Source of the DNA: a virus
Lineage: Duplodnaviria > Caudoviricetes
Length of the DNA: 64,000 nucleotides
Reading direction: 5' to 3' (one strand)
Virus record (IMG/VR): IMGVR_UViG_3300009183_000045
In this document: positions 35,434 through 45,486 of the stretch, piece by piece
Layout: the number at the start of each line of letters is the position of its first letter
Numbering within the stretch: the first letter of the stretch is position 1
Translations under genes and position numbers: made by a program
Notes under the pieces: generated by a model
The model's database searches: none
Told to the model about the DNA's origin: nothing
The model's input: only the letters and a program-made list of their open reading frames with translations

Positions 35434-35829
35434 ATGAAATTTAAATATACAAACTCTAACAATGAGGAGGCTTTTTTTGAGGCAGTTCCGTTGACTACAG
35501 AACTTTATACAGAGTTGATAGAAATAGACAAAGAATTTCTTCAAAATGTTGCAGAAGGCAAAGAAGTTTTTTTTAAGGATGAGCCCTTGATAGAAGCGGC
35601 GAAAAGTTTGTTAATCTCTTTTGGTAAAGGAAAAGAAATTCAACCTTCTTCTCTTTCAGATACTCATGAAGTTCTATTAGTGACTTCAAAAACAATTCTC
35701 AAAGAGGCAGAAGAATATAAGAAAACCAATTACACACCCAAAAGAATTGTAAGAGATAAAATGATCACTAGTAAGATTAGATCCTTCAAAAAAGAAAAAA
35801 TGGAATTAAATTTTGATTTGGCCCACTAA
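35434..35829 (+). CDS. Hypothetical protein
   Basis: 131 aa; TTGATA-N16-TAATAT upstream. Confidence 0.7.
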   Translation: MKFKYTNSNNEEAFFEAVPLTTELYTELIEIDKEFLQNVAEGKEVFFKDEPLIEAAKSLLISFGKGKEIQPSSLSDTHEVLLVTSKTILKEAEEYKKTNYTPKRIVRDKMITSKIRSFKKEKMELNFDLAH

Positions 35830-35852
35830 AAAGGTAAATATTGTTACAACAT

Positions 35853-36731
35853 ATGTCATTGCTCAACGCCTATACACAAATTTTAAATGAAAGTGGAAAA
35901 GACCACGAAGTTAAAGGAGCCGTAAAAAAGGGTCAAGATTTTGCCTCGGGTTTAAAGGTTAATAAACAAGAAGGACCCAAGGTTGAATCTCCTAAAGAAG
36001 ATAAAGAACATTCTGTAGATGGTGAAAACAATGGCGTTCCTAAGAAGTTAGCCAAAGAATCTTCTAATCCCTTTGATGCTATTTACAATAAAATCTTAGC
36101 CCAAGAAAATTGGGAAGCTGAAGAAGAAGCTAACGAACAACCTAACTTTGGATCACCCACTGGTCATGATTCCAACAATATGGAGTTTAGTGGTGACAAC
36201 TCTTCCGGAGAGGGTGAAGTTGAATTAACAGATGATTCGGATGAACATCCAATGAGCCAGGTCCTCTCTGCCTTAAAGGCCGCTGTCGAAGCTTTAGAAA
36301 AAGTTATCAGTCCAGAGAGTGGTGAAGAAGGTGAAGGTGAAGAAGAAGGTGAAGAAGGTGAAGAACACGAAGAGGATGAAAGTGACGAAGAAGAAAAAGA
36401 AGAACATCAAGAATTTGGTGAATCAACCGAGGAAGACGACGATGACGATGACGATGAAGATGAAGACGGTGATGTTAAAAAGGAAGAAGTAGATGCTCAA
36501 GTTTTGGGCCATGCTTTAATTGACTTGGAAAAATTGGCAGCCAGCTTAACGAGTCCTAAAAACCAAGTTGTTAAGGGAGCAGTGCCAGTTAATAAAGGAA
36601 AGGCTCAAGTGCCTAAGGGTGTTAAGACAACTCCAAGACCCACAGAATTAAAGGGCAAGGGCGAAAGTCTTCAAAGCAAAAAAGTTGACACTGGTTATGT
36701 CAAGAAAGACAAAAACTGGTACGATCAGTAA
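35853..36731 (+). CDS. Highly acidic late protein (possible head core/scaffold component)
   Basis: Poly-E/D tracts; MSLLNAYTQILNES leader; TAAATA upstream; role inferred. Confidence 0.65.
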   Translation: MSLLNAYTQILNESGKDHEVKGAVKKGQDFASGLKVNKQEGPKVESPKEDKEHSVDGENNGVPKKLAKESSNPFDAIYNKILAQENWEAEEEANEQPNFGSPTGHDSNNMEFSGDNSSGEGEVELTDDSDEHPMSQVLSALKAAVEALEKVISPESGEEGEGEEEGEEGEEHEEDESDEEEKEEHQEFGESTEEDDDDDDDEDEDGDVKKEEVDAQVLGHALIDLEKLAASLTSPKNQVVKGAVPVNKGKAQVPKGVKTTPRPTELKGKGESLQSKKVDTGYVKKDKNWYDQ

Positions 36732-36748
36732 ATTTGATTAAACAAATT

Positions 36749-36778
36749 AAAAACTCCGCTTAAGCGGAGTTTTTTTTT
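36749..36778 (+). terminator. Rho-independent terminator
   Basis: AAAACTCCGC-TTAA-GCGGAGTTTTTTTTT. Confidence 0.9.
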
Positions 36779-36789
36779 CTAAATATATC

Positions 36790-37200
36790 ATGGAAGATAA
36801 TTTTTATTCTTTTTATAAAAAAAATCAGGGACTGCCTTCTGCTTTTACTAAGAGTCACGGTGTTACAAAAAATACCAGAAAACATCATCAGAGTGTCGAT
36901 AGACTTGCCAAAATAGGTCATCGCAAAAGTGGTAAGGTTAATTTGGTTGCGGCAAGTGAAAACCAATCCTTAAAAAATCCAGTAGTAAATGCTTTTGCAA
37001 ATTCTAATCGAACTTTTATAAAAGGATTAACTTGGGCAATAGTAAAACCTATACTAGATGCATACAAGATTCAACATGATGTAGAATCTGAAGAGACTTA
37101 TGATAAATCTCTTAATAGAGTTCAATGTAAATTAACCGGTGCTAAAATAATTATTCGTTATATTCCTCAAAACAAAACTTGGGTGCTTTTTAAGAAATAA
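36790..37200 (+). CDS. Late hypothetical protein
   Basis: 136 aa; TAAATA 36780-36785. Confidence 0.7.
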   Translation: MEDNFYSFYKKNQGLPSAFTKSHGVTKNTRKHHQSVDRLAKIGHRKSGKVNLVAASENQSLKNPVVNAFANSNRTFIKGLTWAIVKPILDAYKIQHDVESEETYDKSLNRVQCKLTGAKIIIRYIPQNKTWVLFKK

Positions 37201-37201
37201 T

Positions 37202-37831
37202 ATGGAAACTTTACGTTATCTTAATAAACAACACAACCAATCTGAAAGACAGAACTTTTCAAATTGGTGGAAGGAACAGATTCAAATTAATGGACAGGAA
37301 ATAGTTTATTATAGCAATCAAACCTCTTTATCCGGAAGCAATCCTCTATACGGAGAGCAACCAGACGCGGGGTTCGGAGATGGACATCCTTTGATAGTAT
37401 TAGGTAATTTAAACGGTGATTCTGTTTTATTATCTAAATTTGGTTTAATAGCAGACGGTGAATGGTCCGGAGTTCTACACAAAGATACCTATACAACTGT
37501 ATATGGTTTATCTTCTGAACCCAAAAGAGGAGATCTTATGGCGTTAGTTGAATACGGAGTAGATCGAATCAATTATCCTAAAAGAGGAACTACTATATAT
37601 GAATTAACAGATGTAGTTGACGAGTTTAAAGGAAATCCTTTGATGGGCCATTACGTGTGGTTTTTTACAGGCAAGAGATATGACTACAGCCAAGAACCAC
37701 ACAGTCCTGGTGCTGGTATGGGAAATCTTCCATTAGAAGATAATGATGTTATACAACAAATTGCAGACGAGAATTTTAATTATATAGAAGAAAACCCAGA
37801 CAGTAATACTAGTGTTTACGGTGAATATTAA
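37202..37831 (+). CDS. Neck/head-completion protein (T4 gp14-like)
   Basis: LYGE, SKFGL, PKRGDL motifs typical of gp14. Confidence 0.7.
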   Translation: METLRYLNKQHNQSERQNFSNWWKEQIQINGQEIVYYSNQTSLSGSNPLYGEQPDAGFGDGHPLIVLGNLNGDSVLLSKFGLIADGEWSGVLHKDTYTTVYGLSSEPKRGDLMALVEYGVDRINYPKRGTTIYELTDVVDEFKGNPLMGHYVWFFTGKRYDYSQEPHSPGAGMGNLPLEDNDVIQQIADENFNYIEENPDSNTSVYGEY

Positions 37832-38166
37832 TATTCACGTAGACTTACATCTATTTCTGGAAACAATGCTTTCATTTCAGAAGAAGCATCTTCATTGTGG
37901 CATATGTTGATCTTATAATCTTCCATCAAGAGTTTGCGTAAATATATGTCCTGAGTAGACGACATATACTCTCGTATCTCCAGGGGTTTAAATTCAATCT
38001 TATCTAGCGGAATCTTTTTTTCTGTGGCTTTATCTGCTATAAGATTCACTGCTTCATATAGAGCAATCCACTTTGCCGTGGTTAAAGACTTCTCCTGAGC
38101 TTCGCCCCACCAGTCTAGAGGATTTTGATAGACTTCTGTTTCTTGTTTTGGATTAATGGTCTTCAT
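37828..38166 (-). CDS. Hypothetical protein
   Basis: 112 aa. Confidence 0.65.
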   Translation of the reverse strand: MKTINPKQETEVYQNPLDWWGEAQEKSLTTAKWIALYEAVNLIADKATEKKIPLDKIEFKPLEIREYMSSTQDIYLRKLLMEDYKINICHNEDASSEMKALFPEIDVSLREY

Positions 38167-38170
38167 ATTA

Positions 38171-38605
38171 TTACTTGGTGGCTGGGCCGGAAATAGTGGG
38201 CGCGGGCATCATAGGATCTGTGAATTCTGTAACTTTAGCAACTACAAAATTAATGTTTACCACATTCTTAGCATCACAATTTTGACACACGAATTCAAAA
38301 CGTTCATTTTGATCCGGAACAAACGTGTTGATGTTAGAGGCATTACACGCCGCACATTCAAGAATAGTTGAAAGGGGTGCTAATTTATCCAATTCCTTTT
38401 GTCGAGTTTGGTGGCTAAAGTAATTGTTGACAGTTCCGGCAATCACGGAAAACAGAATATATTGCATAGCCACTGCCAAGATAAAGGCAGGGAGAAATGG
38501 TTTGCCTGCTAGAACAAAGCCTAATCCAATTAGTGATGAGAGGAAACAAACGGTGGTGGTTGATTTTAAAAATTCAAATAAATTTTTATTAAGATATAGT
38601 TTCAT
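38171..38605 (-). CDS. 2-TM membrane protein with C-terminal CxxC...CxxC
   Basis: Hydrophobic N-half; CAAC, CQNC. Confidence 0.7.
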   Translation of the reverse strand: MKLYLNKNLFEFLKSTTTVCFLSSLIGLGFVLAGKPFLPAFILAVAMQYILFSVIAGTVNNYFSHQTRQKELDKLAPLSTILECAACNASNINTFVPDQNERFEFVCQNCDAKNVVNINFVVAKVTEFTDPMMPAPTISGPATK

Positions 38606-38616
38606 TAAGAAACATT

Positions 38617-39102
38617 TTACTTAGATTTTCCGGGAACTACCACCATATTTTTATTTATATCTCTTTCTTGAGCTGGATTTATACCCTCCAGACTAGAGGC
38701 TAAATCCATATAAAATGTTAATTTTGCATCCAAGTCCTTGATGGCACCTAGAATTTTGGCTGAATATGCAATTAAGGAATTTAATTTCTTTTTTTGTTTT
38801 GCATCCAACGTGGTGTTAAGTTGTAAACAATTTTCCATTTTATTGGAAGCTGTTAACAAATATATAAAACTATCAGCGAGATCATTGGTCACGGTCTGTA
38901 GTGGCCACGGCATATCTGCAGTTTGTTCTACAGGAGGACCAACTGCCGGAAAGAGTGGATTATTTTTTTGATATGGAAAATTATATCCTTGTTGATTACT
39001 TTGAGGGCCCCAGTCTTTTCTGGGTGCATCACTATAACCCCCGTAATTAGGATTATTGTACATGCCATCTAAAGCCTCATTCAAAGCATTATGCAAGTCC
39101 AT
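38617..39102 (-). CDS. Hypothetical protein
   Basis: Start reassigned to ATG 39102 (MDLHNALNEA), one nt after the upstream stop. Confidence 0.65.
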   Translation of the reverse strand: MDLHNALNEALDGMYNNPNYGGYSDAPRKDWGPQSNQQGYNFPYQKNNPLFPAVGPPVEQTADMPWPLQTVTNDLADSFIYLLTASNKMENCLQLNTTLDAKQKKKLNSLIAYSAKILGAIKDLDAKLTFYMDLASSLEGINPAQERDINKNMVVVPGKSK

Positions 39103-39103
39103 A

Positions 39104-39292
39104 TTAAGCCAATTTACCGATACGAACTCGATTACCACAACGACTACAATTCCATTTTACCAATTTTTCTGATTGTTTGGTTTTTGGATCTACATTTTCA
39201 ACAACTTGTCCTCTTACATAATCACCACAAAAATGACATGCAATGGGTTTATTTGTTACCGGCTGATAATCTGATTTTCTTTGATCGCTCAT
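39104..39292 (-). CDS. Small zinc-ribbon protein
   Basis: CHFC...CSRC. Confidence 0.7.
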   Translation of the reverse strand: MSDQRKSDYQPVTNKPIACHFCGDYVRGQVVENVDPKTKQSEKLVKWNCSRCGNRVRIGKLA

Positions 39293-39317
39293 ATCTTAAT
39301 ATTTAGCACTAAAAAGG

Positions 39318-40136
39318 TTAATTGCTAGGAAACATTTCTTTGGAAGAATCTTGTGTTTCAAACTTGTCATGGGTTTCAAGTTTACCAACGACAAATTTAA
39401 CAAATTCAGATCTTACAATGTCATCCTTATTAAATTGAAAGTGGTGCACACCATGTTCTTTACTAACCTCATCATTAAACATTTTACACATCCTACTAAA
39501 TCCTCCACTTTTGCTGTAAGGAAGATCTGATTGATATGGGTCACCCAAAAATATTATTTTTGAAAACTCACCGAGACGAGTGATTGTGGTAACTAATTCT
39601 TTGAAAGTTATGTTTTGGCATTCATCAACTATAATCACCTTGGCTGGCCAATGAAGGCCTCTAATATAGTTAACTGGCATAGCATTAACTCTTTTATCTG
39701 CATGTAATCTCTTAATCGTACTAGCATCTAAAAATTCTTCCATCTTTTCTGTGAAAGGTGCCATATATGCTTCAAATTTTTCATCTATAGTACCTGGCAG
39801 ATAACCTATTTTACTATCAGCACTTTCAACGGCACTTCTAACAAAGATAATATCAGATGCTTTTTTAAGTTTTAACAATTGTAAAGCAGCATAAACTGCG
39901 GTACTAGTTTTGGCACAACCAGCGGGTCCTTCTATAAAGACACATTTGGTGTGTTTGTCTAATAAAAGAGATATAAGTCCTTTTTGTTTTTCTGTCCACG
40001 GCAGTGGTCTGCAACTGAAATCAAAATTTATTTTATCTCTTTGAAATACTCTTGGTGATGTATCCTTTGGATGTTCCGTGTTTTCTAACACTTCTTCATT
40101 CATTGGCCGGCTTTTAGAGCGGGGTTTTTTGCCCAT
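39318..40136 (-). CDS. phoH: PhoH-family ATPase
   Basis: GPAGCAKT, YIRG, DECQN, GDPYQSD, DIVRS; start moved to ATG 40136 after TAAGTA. Confidence 0.93.
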   Translation of the reverse strand: MGKKPRSKSRPMNEEVLENTEHPKDTSPRVFQRDKINFDFSCRPLPWTEKQKGLISLLLDKHTKCVFIEGPAGCAKTSTAVYAALQLLKLKKASDIIFVRSAVESADSKIGYLPGTIDEKFEAYMAPFTEKMEEFLDASTIKRLHADKRVNAMPVNYIRGLHWPAKVIIVDECQNITFKELVTTITRLGEFSKIIFLGDPYQSDLPYSKSGGFSRMCKMFNDEVSKEHGVHHFQFNKDDIVRSEFVKFVVGKLETHDKFETQDSSKEMFPSN

Positions 40137-40158
40137 GTTACAACTACTTACCACCGTG

Positions 40159-40557
40159 TTAGGGGATTATTGGATTTTGTCCGGCAGACGGTGAACTCGG
40201 AGAGGCTCCTGTGGGATTGGAACCAGTTGAATCCGGTACTTGGGCCTGAGCTTGGGACGGTGTCGTGGTTGTAGAAGTGGACGGTTTTGAAGATTTGCCT
40301 GCTTGATACGCATCAAATGCCGCTTTAACATCCGGACTTTGAGTCGCGGTAGAAATAGTCTGGCTGTTAATTTGAGGATTTGTTTGAGAATTTTTGGCAA
40401 ATGTATTATAAACATCCGCTATTCTCTTTTGATCATCTGGGCTCAACTGCAAAAAATTTTGTATAGGAAGATGTACATTGTCAGGTGAAGAGGCAGATGT
40501 ATCATCTTCATTCATTTGAAGCATGGCTGTGTTGAATACGTTATCAAAGGATTTCAT
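40159..40557 (-). CDS. Late hypothetical protein, Ser/Thr/Pro-rich tail
   Basis: MKSFDNVFN leader; TAAATA 5 nt before ATG 40557. Confidence 0.65.
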   Translation of the reverse strand: MKSFDNVFNTAMLQMNEDDTSASSPDNVHLPIQNFLQLSPDDQKRIADVYNTFAKNSQTNPQINSQTISTATQSPDVKAAFDAYQAGKSSKPSTSTTTTPSQAQAQVPDSTGSNPTGASPSSPSAGQNPIIP

Positions 40558-40611
40558 AACGTTATTTAGTCTAAAATCCTCTTCAATCACGATAGGGTCC
40601 CTGAATTAGGA

Positions 40612-40617
40612 TAAATA
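40612..40617 (+). promoter_or_regulatory. Late promoter core TAAATA (representative of many TAA[A/G]TA copies)
   Basis: 12 nt before sheath ATG; same motif at 43112, 43676, 46312, 15988, 14445, 14068, 19370, 21022, 25876, 27145, 36780. Confidence 0.75.
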
Positions 40618-40629
40618 TTTTATAATTTT

Positions 40630-43107
40630 ATGTCAACAAGAACTATAACTTCACCAGGTGTACAGATTACAGAGATAGATCAGTCTCAAATTGCGCGCAA
40701 TTCAGCCGGAACAAATGTGTTTATGACCGGTTTTGCTTCTCAAGGCCCTACCGATGAGGTGGTTTACATTGGCAGCGTTTCTGAATTTGAATCCACTTTC
40801 GGCACACCTACAAATGAAGCGGAAAGATATTTGTACCATTCTGCCAGACAAGTTTTGGTTCAGTCTCCTGCCAATTTAAAGGTGACAAGAATGGCATATG
40901 GGTCAGGATCGGGAATAGGTTTTGGTAATTCTTACAGTGCTTTAGTGTTTCCTGTGAAGGGATATATTCAATCTGTTGCAAATCAATTGAGTTCAAATGT
41001 TATTAATTTTACTAATGACTCTTGGGGTGGAAGGAATGGATCTACCCCTGAACTAGCATTAAATGCATTTACACTAGACAGTATTGTATATGGTACTAGT
41101 GCTTATCATTATCAAACATTCTTTACAGATACTACAGGAAATTATAGACTTTCTATAACTGGAGCTACTAGTGCTTATACATTAACAATTAACAACAGTG
41201 CAGTTTTAAGCACTTATATTAATAATCTTCCTTCCAATTATAAGGATGCAAATTATTATGAAATTCAGCCGCCACAATCTGTGTTGTTAACTGAATCTGA
41301 ATATCAGGATGTTATATCTAATAACATTTCTTGGGATGCAAGTTATTCAGAACAAGATATAAACAGCAGTTCTAAATTAGGCCACAGTGGTATAATTGTA
41401 TTAAACCCCACAAAGGTTGCAGTGGATAATATACATCAAGGTTATTATATAGGATTTGCTGATAACAGGGATAATAATCCAGGATCAGATTTCAAGAGTG
41501 TAACCGGGGTTAAAGCTGTTGACCAAGTTTACAATAATCAATATCAAACTTTTACAAACATACCCACCAATCGTTTAAATTTTGCTTTGAGTGGTTCACA
41601 TTTAAATGTTTCTAATAGCATATCCCGCACGATGGAACAATATCCAACTGGATACGACTTTTCGTCTTCAACTTATAATGATTGCTTAACTTTGATGACA
41701 TTTAAGTTAAGAACTTCTATATATGCTCAAGACACAGTTACTTTGGATTACAGAGTCCAAGAAGGTTATACAGGTTCTTTATATAACAACAAAACCCAAA
41801 ATAATCCTAACGGAGGGGCCCCCGTTACTTTTGCATTAGAAAAAGTAGCTGCACAGAATTCAAGATCCTCTGATATGAAGGTTATAGTAAACCCGATTAT
41901 TTCTAGTACAGGAGATTGGATTTCTTCCGATGGTAAAACTCCTAAAAAATCAGTGAGGGTAAGTGATGCTGCCAGAAACATTTATTCTTTGGGTGTTTAT
42001 GTGTCTCAAACTGATACTACCAGTTGTGATATTGGAAATGTTCCTCTAAAACTTCAGAGAATTTTAAACAGACTGGATGACATGGATGAAGAAATAGATC
42101 TTATTCCTGAAGCTGGTTTAGGTACAATATGGGCAGGAGCTGCTGCTAAAAAGGCGTCTGTCTCTCCTGGCAATACTTCAGACGGTGGTTACTTTTTTGA
42201 TGAAAAGTATCCCATTTCTTCTGCTCTTATGGCAGAATTAAAAAATCAAACAGGCGGCAATGAAAGTATATTAAAGCAGAATTATGATTCAATAGTCCAG
42301 CAATTTTATACTTTTGCGGAAAAGACTCGTATGGATCATATGTTCATACCAGATCCTTTGCGTTATATTTTTGTCAATGGTCCTGATTTTAAAACCACCA
42401 AAATATCCACTTACAATTTTTCATTAGACATTTATTGGCCGTTGAAAAATCTTTTCGGAGATATTTCTTCTAGTTACGGAGCAACTTACGGCAACTGGAT
42501 CAAATTTAATGATGTTTATTCCAATCAAATGGTTTGGCTTCCAAACTCTGGTTACGTGGCTGCAGATATAGCATTTTCTTCTGCGGTTAATTTTCCGTGG
42601 TCAGCCCCTGCTGGTTTTAATAGAGGTGTATTAACCAATATTGTTGATATTGCAATTAATCCTACTCAAAAGCAAAGAGATCTATTATATAGAATTAATA
42701 TAAACCCAATTGCATATTTCCCAGGTGAAGGTTATGTTATCTACGGGCAAAAAACCTTAATGAATAAGCCATCTGCCTTTGATAGAATTAATGTTCGCAG
42801 ACTTTTCTTGACTCTTGAAAAGGTCACTAAAAATTTATTAAAATACTATGTGTTCGAACCCAACACCTTCGCCACCAGATCTAGATTAATAAATGCTTTA
42901 TCACCAACTTTTAATCAAGCAAAGGCGAATGATGGTTTATACGATTATAGAATTATTTGCGACGAAAGAAATAACACTCCAGATGTTATAGATAATAATG
43001 AATTGAAGATTTCCATTTATATACAAGCAGTGCGCACAGCTGAGTACATTTTAGCAGACTTTGTAGGCACTCGTACCGGGATAAACTTCAATGAACTAAC
43101 GTCCTAG
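40630..43107 (+). CDS. Tail sheath protein (gp18-like)
   Basis: SPGVQITEID, GPTDE, FGTP, WSAPAGFNRG, RININPI, GQKTL, DRINVRRLF, CDERNNT. Confidence 0.96.
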   Translation: MSTRTITSPGVQITEIDQSQIARNSAGTNVFMTGFASQGPTDEVVYIGSVSEFESTFGTPTNEAERYLYHSARQVLVQSPANLKVTRMAYGSGSGIGFGNSYSALVFPVKGYIQSVANQLSSNVINFTNDSWGGRNGSTPELALNAFTLDSIVYGTSAYHYQTFFTDTTGNYRLSITGATSAYTLTINNSAVLSTYINNLPSNYKDANYYEIQPPQSVLLTESEYQDVISNNISWDASYSEQDINSSSKLGHSGIIVLNPTKVAVDNIHQGYYIGFADNRDNNPGSDFKSVTGVKAVDQVYNNQYQTFTNIPTNRLNFALSGSHLNVSNSISRTMEQYPTGYDFSSSTYNDCLTLMTFKLRTSIYAQDTVTLDYRVQEGYTGSLYNNKTQNNPNGGAPVTFALEKVAAQNSRSSDMKVIVNPIISSTGDWISSDGKTPKKSVRVSDAARNIYSLGVYVSQTDTTSCDIGNVPLKLQRILNRLDDMDEEIDLIPEAGLGTIWAGAAAKKASVSPGNTSDGGYFFDEKYPISSALMAELKNQTGGNESILKQNYDSIVQQFYTFAEKTRMDHMFIPDPLRYIFVNGPDFKTTKISTYNFSLDIYWPLKNLFGDISSSYGATYGNWIKFNDVYSNQMVWLPNSGYVAADIAFSSAVNFPWSAPAGFNRGVLTNIVDIAINPTQKQRDLLYRININPIAYFPGEGYVIYGQKTLMNKPSAFDRINVRRLFLTLEKVTKNLLKYYVFEPNTFATRSRLINALSPTFNQAKANDGLYDYRIICDERNNTPDVIDNNELKISIYIQAVRTAEYILADFVGTRTGINFNELTS

Positions 43108-43124
43108 TTGATAAGTATTGATAT

Positions 43125-43661
43125 ATGGCTGATATATTCTCAAATCAAAGTATACAAAATTTTTATCAAACTGCTTATAAAAAGGATTTTGCTAGGAAAA
43201 ATTTATTTAGAGTGATTTCTATAGAGACCGGCATTAATGGCCTTTCTTTTGATAACACTGATTTGGTTTATGTCACATCCACATCTTTACCTCAGAGGGC
43301 TATTACTAATATTAAATTGCCTTATATGGGAATGAGTTTTAATCTTCCAAGCACCGCCAGTTATCCTGGAAGTGATGCTTGGAAGATTAAATTCAGGATG
43401 CCACAAGATCTTTCCATAAGAGCTAAGTTAGAAGCGTGGACTAGAGTTATATTTAATGATGCCACGACTACAGGTTCCTATGAGTTAAAAAACTTGGGCA
43501 CTGTAATGCTTTCTTTGATGAGCAAAGGAGGACAACCTATTCGTAATTACAAATTAGTAGGTGCCTATTGTGTGTCCTTAGGAGACTATGCCTTAGATGT
43601 TGCTGATACTGGCTCTGTGGTGGAACAAGAAGCTACTCTTGCCTATCAATATTGGGAGTAA
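43125..43661 (+). CDS. Tail tube protein (gp19-like)
   Basis: FARKNLFRV, TSLPQ, YMG, LAYQYW; follows sheath. Confidence 0.85.
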   Translation: MADIFSNQSIQNFYQTAYKKDFARKNLFRVISIETGINGLSFDNTDLVYVTSTSLPQRAITNIKLPYMGMSFNLPSTASYPGSDAWKIKFRMPQDLSIRAKLEAWTRVIFNDATTTGSYELKNLGTVMLSLMSKGGQPIRNYKLVGAYCVSLGDYALDVADTGSVVEQEATLAYQYWE

Positions 43662-43687
43662 TTGAAATGCTTTAATAAGTATTTTCA

Positions 43688-44506
43688 ATGTCATTTCTAT
43701 CTAAAGCCTTTCAGCCTGTTAATCCTCTTAATAGTGGATTTGTTTCTAGGGCCGGTGGATCAGCAAATCCATTGACTCAGATGTTTAGTTTAAACAGTGA
43801 TGTATTAAACAAAGCACCTAGTCCATATTCCTTTTATTTAGACATATTGAGCCAGTGGCCTACTGCACCGGCTTTGGCTTCAATGTGGCTGGTTGTAATA
43901 AACCTGAGAAGTGTTTCTGCTCTGATGAATAATCCGGCGGCACTGGTTAGTCTCTTTGATTCAGGAGATTTTCAACCTTGGGAAATTTCTCAGGGCACGG
44001 TTGACGATTTAACAAAACCAGAATATCAACAAACTATAGAAAATCTTATGGGGTGTGTTTTTGCTCAGGAGGTTTCAATTCCAGGAGAAACTATAACAGC
44101 TACTCAAGAAAATTTAAATTGGGGAGGGTTACAAACTCCTTATATTATTAAAGGCAGAAACTCTTTTGACAAAATTAAAATGTCTTTTTTAGAAACTAAT
44201 GCCTCTTTTGCAGATTTAGTTATTCGACCTTGGATAGTATTGGCCAGCCATCTTGGATTAATTGCTCGGTCGCCTGGTTCACCAAAAAATGTAAAGTGTG
44301 ATTTCATGGATGTAATACAATTTGCAAAAACTGGTCCGTATTCCTCTGTTGCCATACGCAAGATTGTAAGATATTATGATGTGGTTCCTGTAACTCTGGA
44401 CTCATTAACTTTATCTCATTTAGAAGAGGGTTTAAAAAGAAGGAACGTTTCTTTTATATATAACGGTTATTCAGTCATGGAAGCCGGTACTGCAAATATG
44501 ATGTAG
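43688..44506 (+). CDS. Tube-like baseplate protein (gp54/gp48-like)
   Basis: VSIPGE, SFLETN, RPW, VTLDS..RRNVSFIY tube-fold pattern. Confidence 0.65.
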   Translation: MSFLSKAFQPVNPLNSGFVSRAGGSANPLTQMFSLNSDVLNKAPSPYSFYLDILSQWPTAPALASMWLVVINLRSVSALMNNPAALVSLFDSGDFQPWEISQGTVDDLTKPEYQQTIENLMGCVFAQEVSIPGETITATQENLNWGGLQTPYIIKGRNSFDKIKMSFLETNASFADLVIRPWIVLASHLGLIARSPGSPKNVKCDFMDVIQFAKTGPYSSVAIRKIVRYYDVVPVTLDSLTLSHLEEGLKRRNVSFIYNGYSVMEAGTANMM

Positions 44507-44522
44507 ACCTGTAATTATATAA

Positions 44523-45449
44523 ATGGAATTATATTTGTATAGTGTAGAAATGCCTTTCTCTGGCGTTAAGCTTTTTTACAGAGAAATGTCTTCTAAAGAA
44601 CAAATATATGTCTCAAAGGCACATACCATGTTACCTTTAGACCCAGAATATACTGAAGACTATGGTCGAGCGTTACAGAAAGTTGTATTACAATGTGTAG
44701 AAAATAAAGAAGATTTTTACAAACTTAATATAATAGAATATATTTTATTTTTATGCAAGTTGCGTATTGTGTCTATAGGTGAAGAAATTGAATTACAATT
44801 TCAAAACCCAGTAGAAGAAGAAACTGATCAAAAAAAGATAAAGTTGACTTTAAACCTGTCAACTTTAATGAGAAATTTATACAACACAACAAAAGATATA
44901 TTAACAACTGAAGAATTGCAAATAGATCAGTTAAACATCAAGTTTGAATGGCCTTTAATAAATTCTGAACATTTTTTTTTAAAACCTAACAAAGACCTAT
45001 TAATAGATTCAGTGGCTTTATATATAAAAAGTTTTACTTTAAATGATAAAACTTTCCATATGAAAGATTTTAATACTTCTCAAAAATTAGAAATGTTTGA
45101 GAAATTTCCTATAAAATATCAAAGCAAAATACAAGATATTGTTTTTAATTATATTAAATTATTTTCAGAATCTAATATATTCACGGATCATTTAGCAGAT
45201 TATTTAAATTTTAATTTTTATAACTCATCATATCAAAGTATTTTGAGAATGTTTTTTACAGAAAATTTAAGGAATTTGTATCAACAATACTACATATTGG
45301 CCTCGAGGAAAATATCACCCTCTTATACAGACTCCATGACAATTGCAGAAAGGTCTATATATTATTCTTTTATAGAAAGTGAATCAGAACAACAAAATTC
45401 AGAAGAAGGAGAATGGTCTGAAGAAATGAATATTGATCCAACTGCCTAG
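44523..45449 (+). CDS. Baseplate hub assembly protein (gp26-like)
   Basis: LFYREM..KEQ, EYILFLCKLRIVSIGEEIEL. Confidence 0.7.
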   Translation: MELYLYSVEMPFSGVKLFYREMSSKEQIYVSKAHTMLPLDPEYTEDYGRALQKVVLQCVENKEDFYKLNIIEYILFLCKLRIVSIGEEIELQFQNPVEEETDQKKIKLTLNLSTLMRNLYNTTKDILTTEELQIDQLNIKFEWPLINSEHFFLKPNKDLLIDSVALYIKSFTLNDKTFHMKDFNTSQKLEMFEKFPIKYQSKIQDIVFNYIKLFSESNIFTDHLADYLNFNFYNSSYQSILRMFFTENLRNLYQQYYILASRKISPSYTDSMTIAERSIYYSFIESESEQQNSEEGEWSEEMNIDPTA

Positions 45450-45486
45450 AGAATAAAGTGATATAATCTCTAATTATTATTAATAT

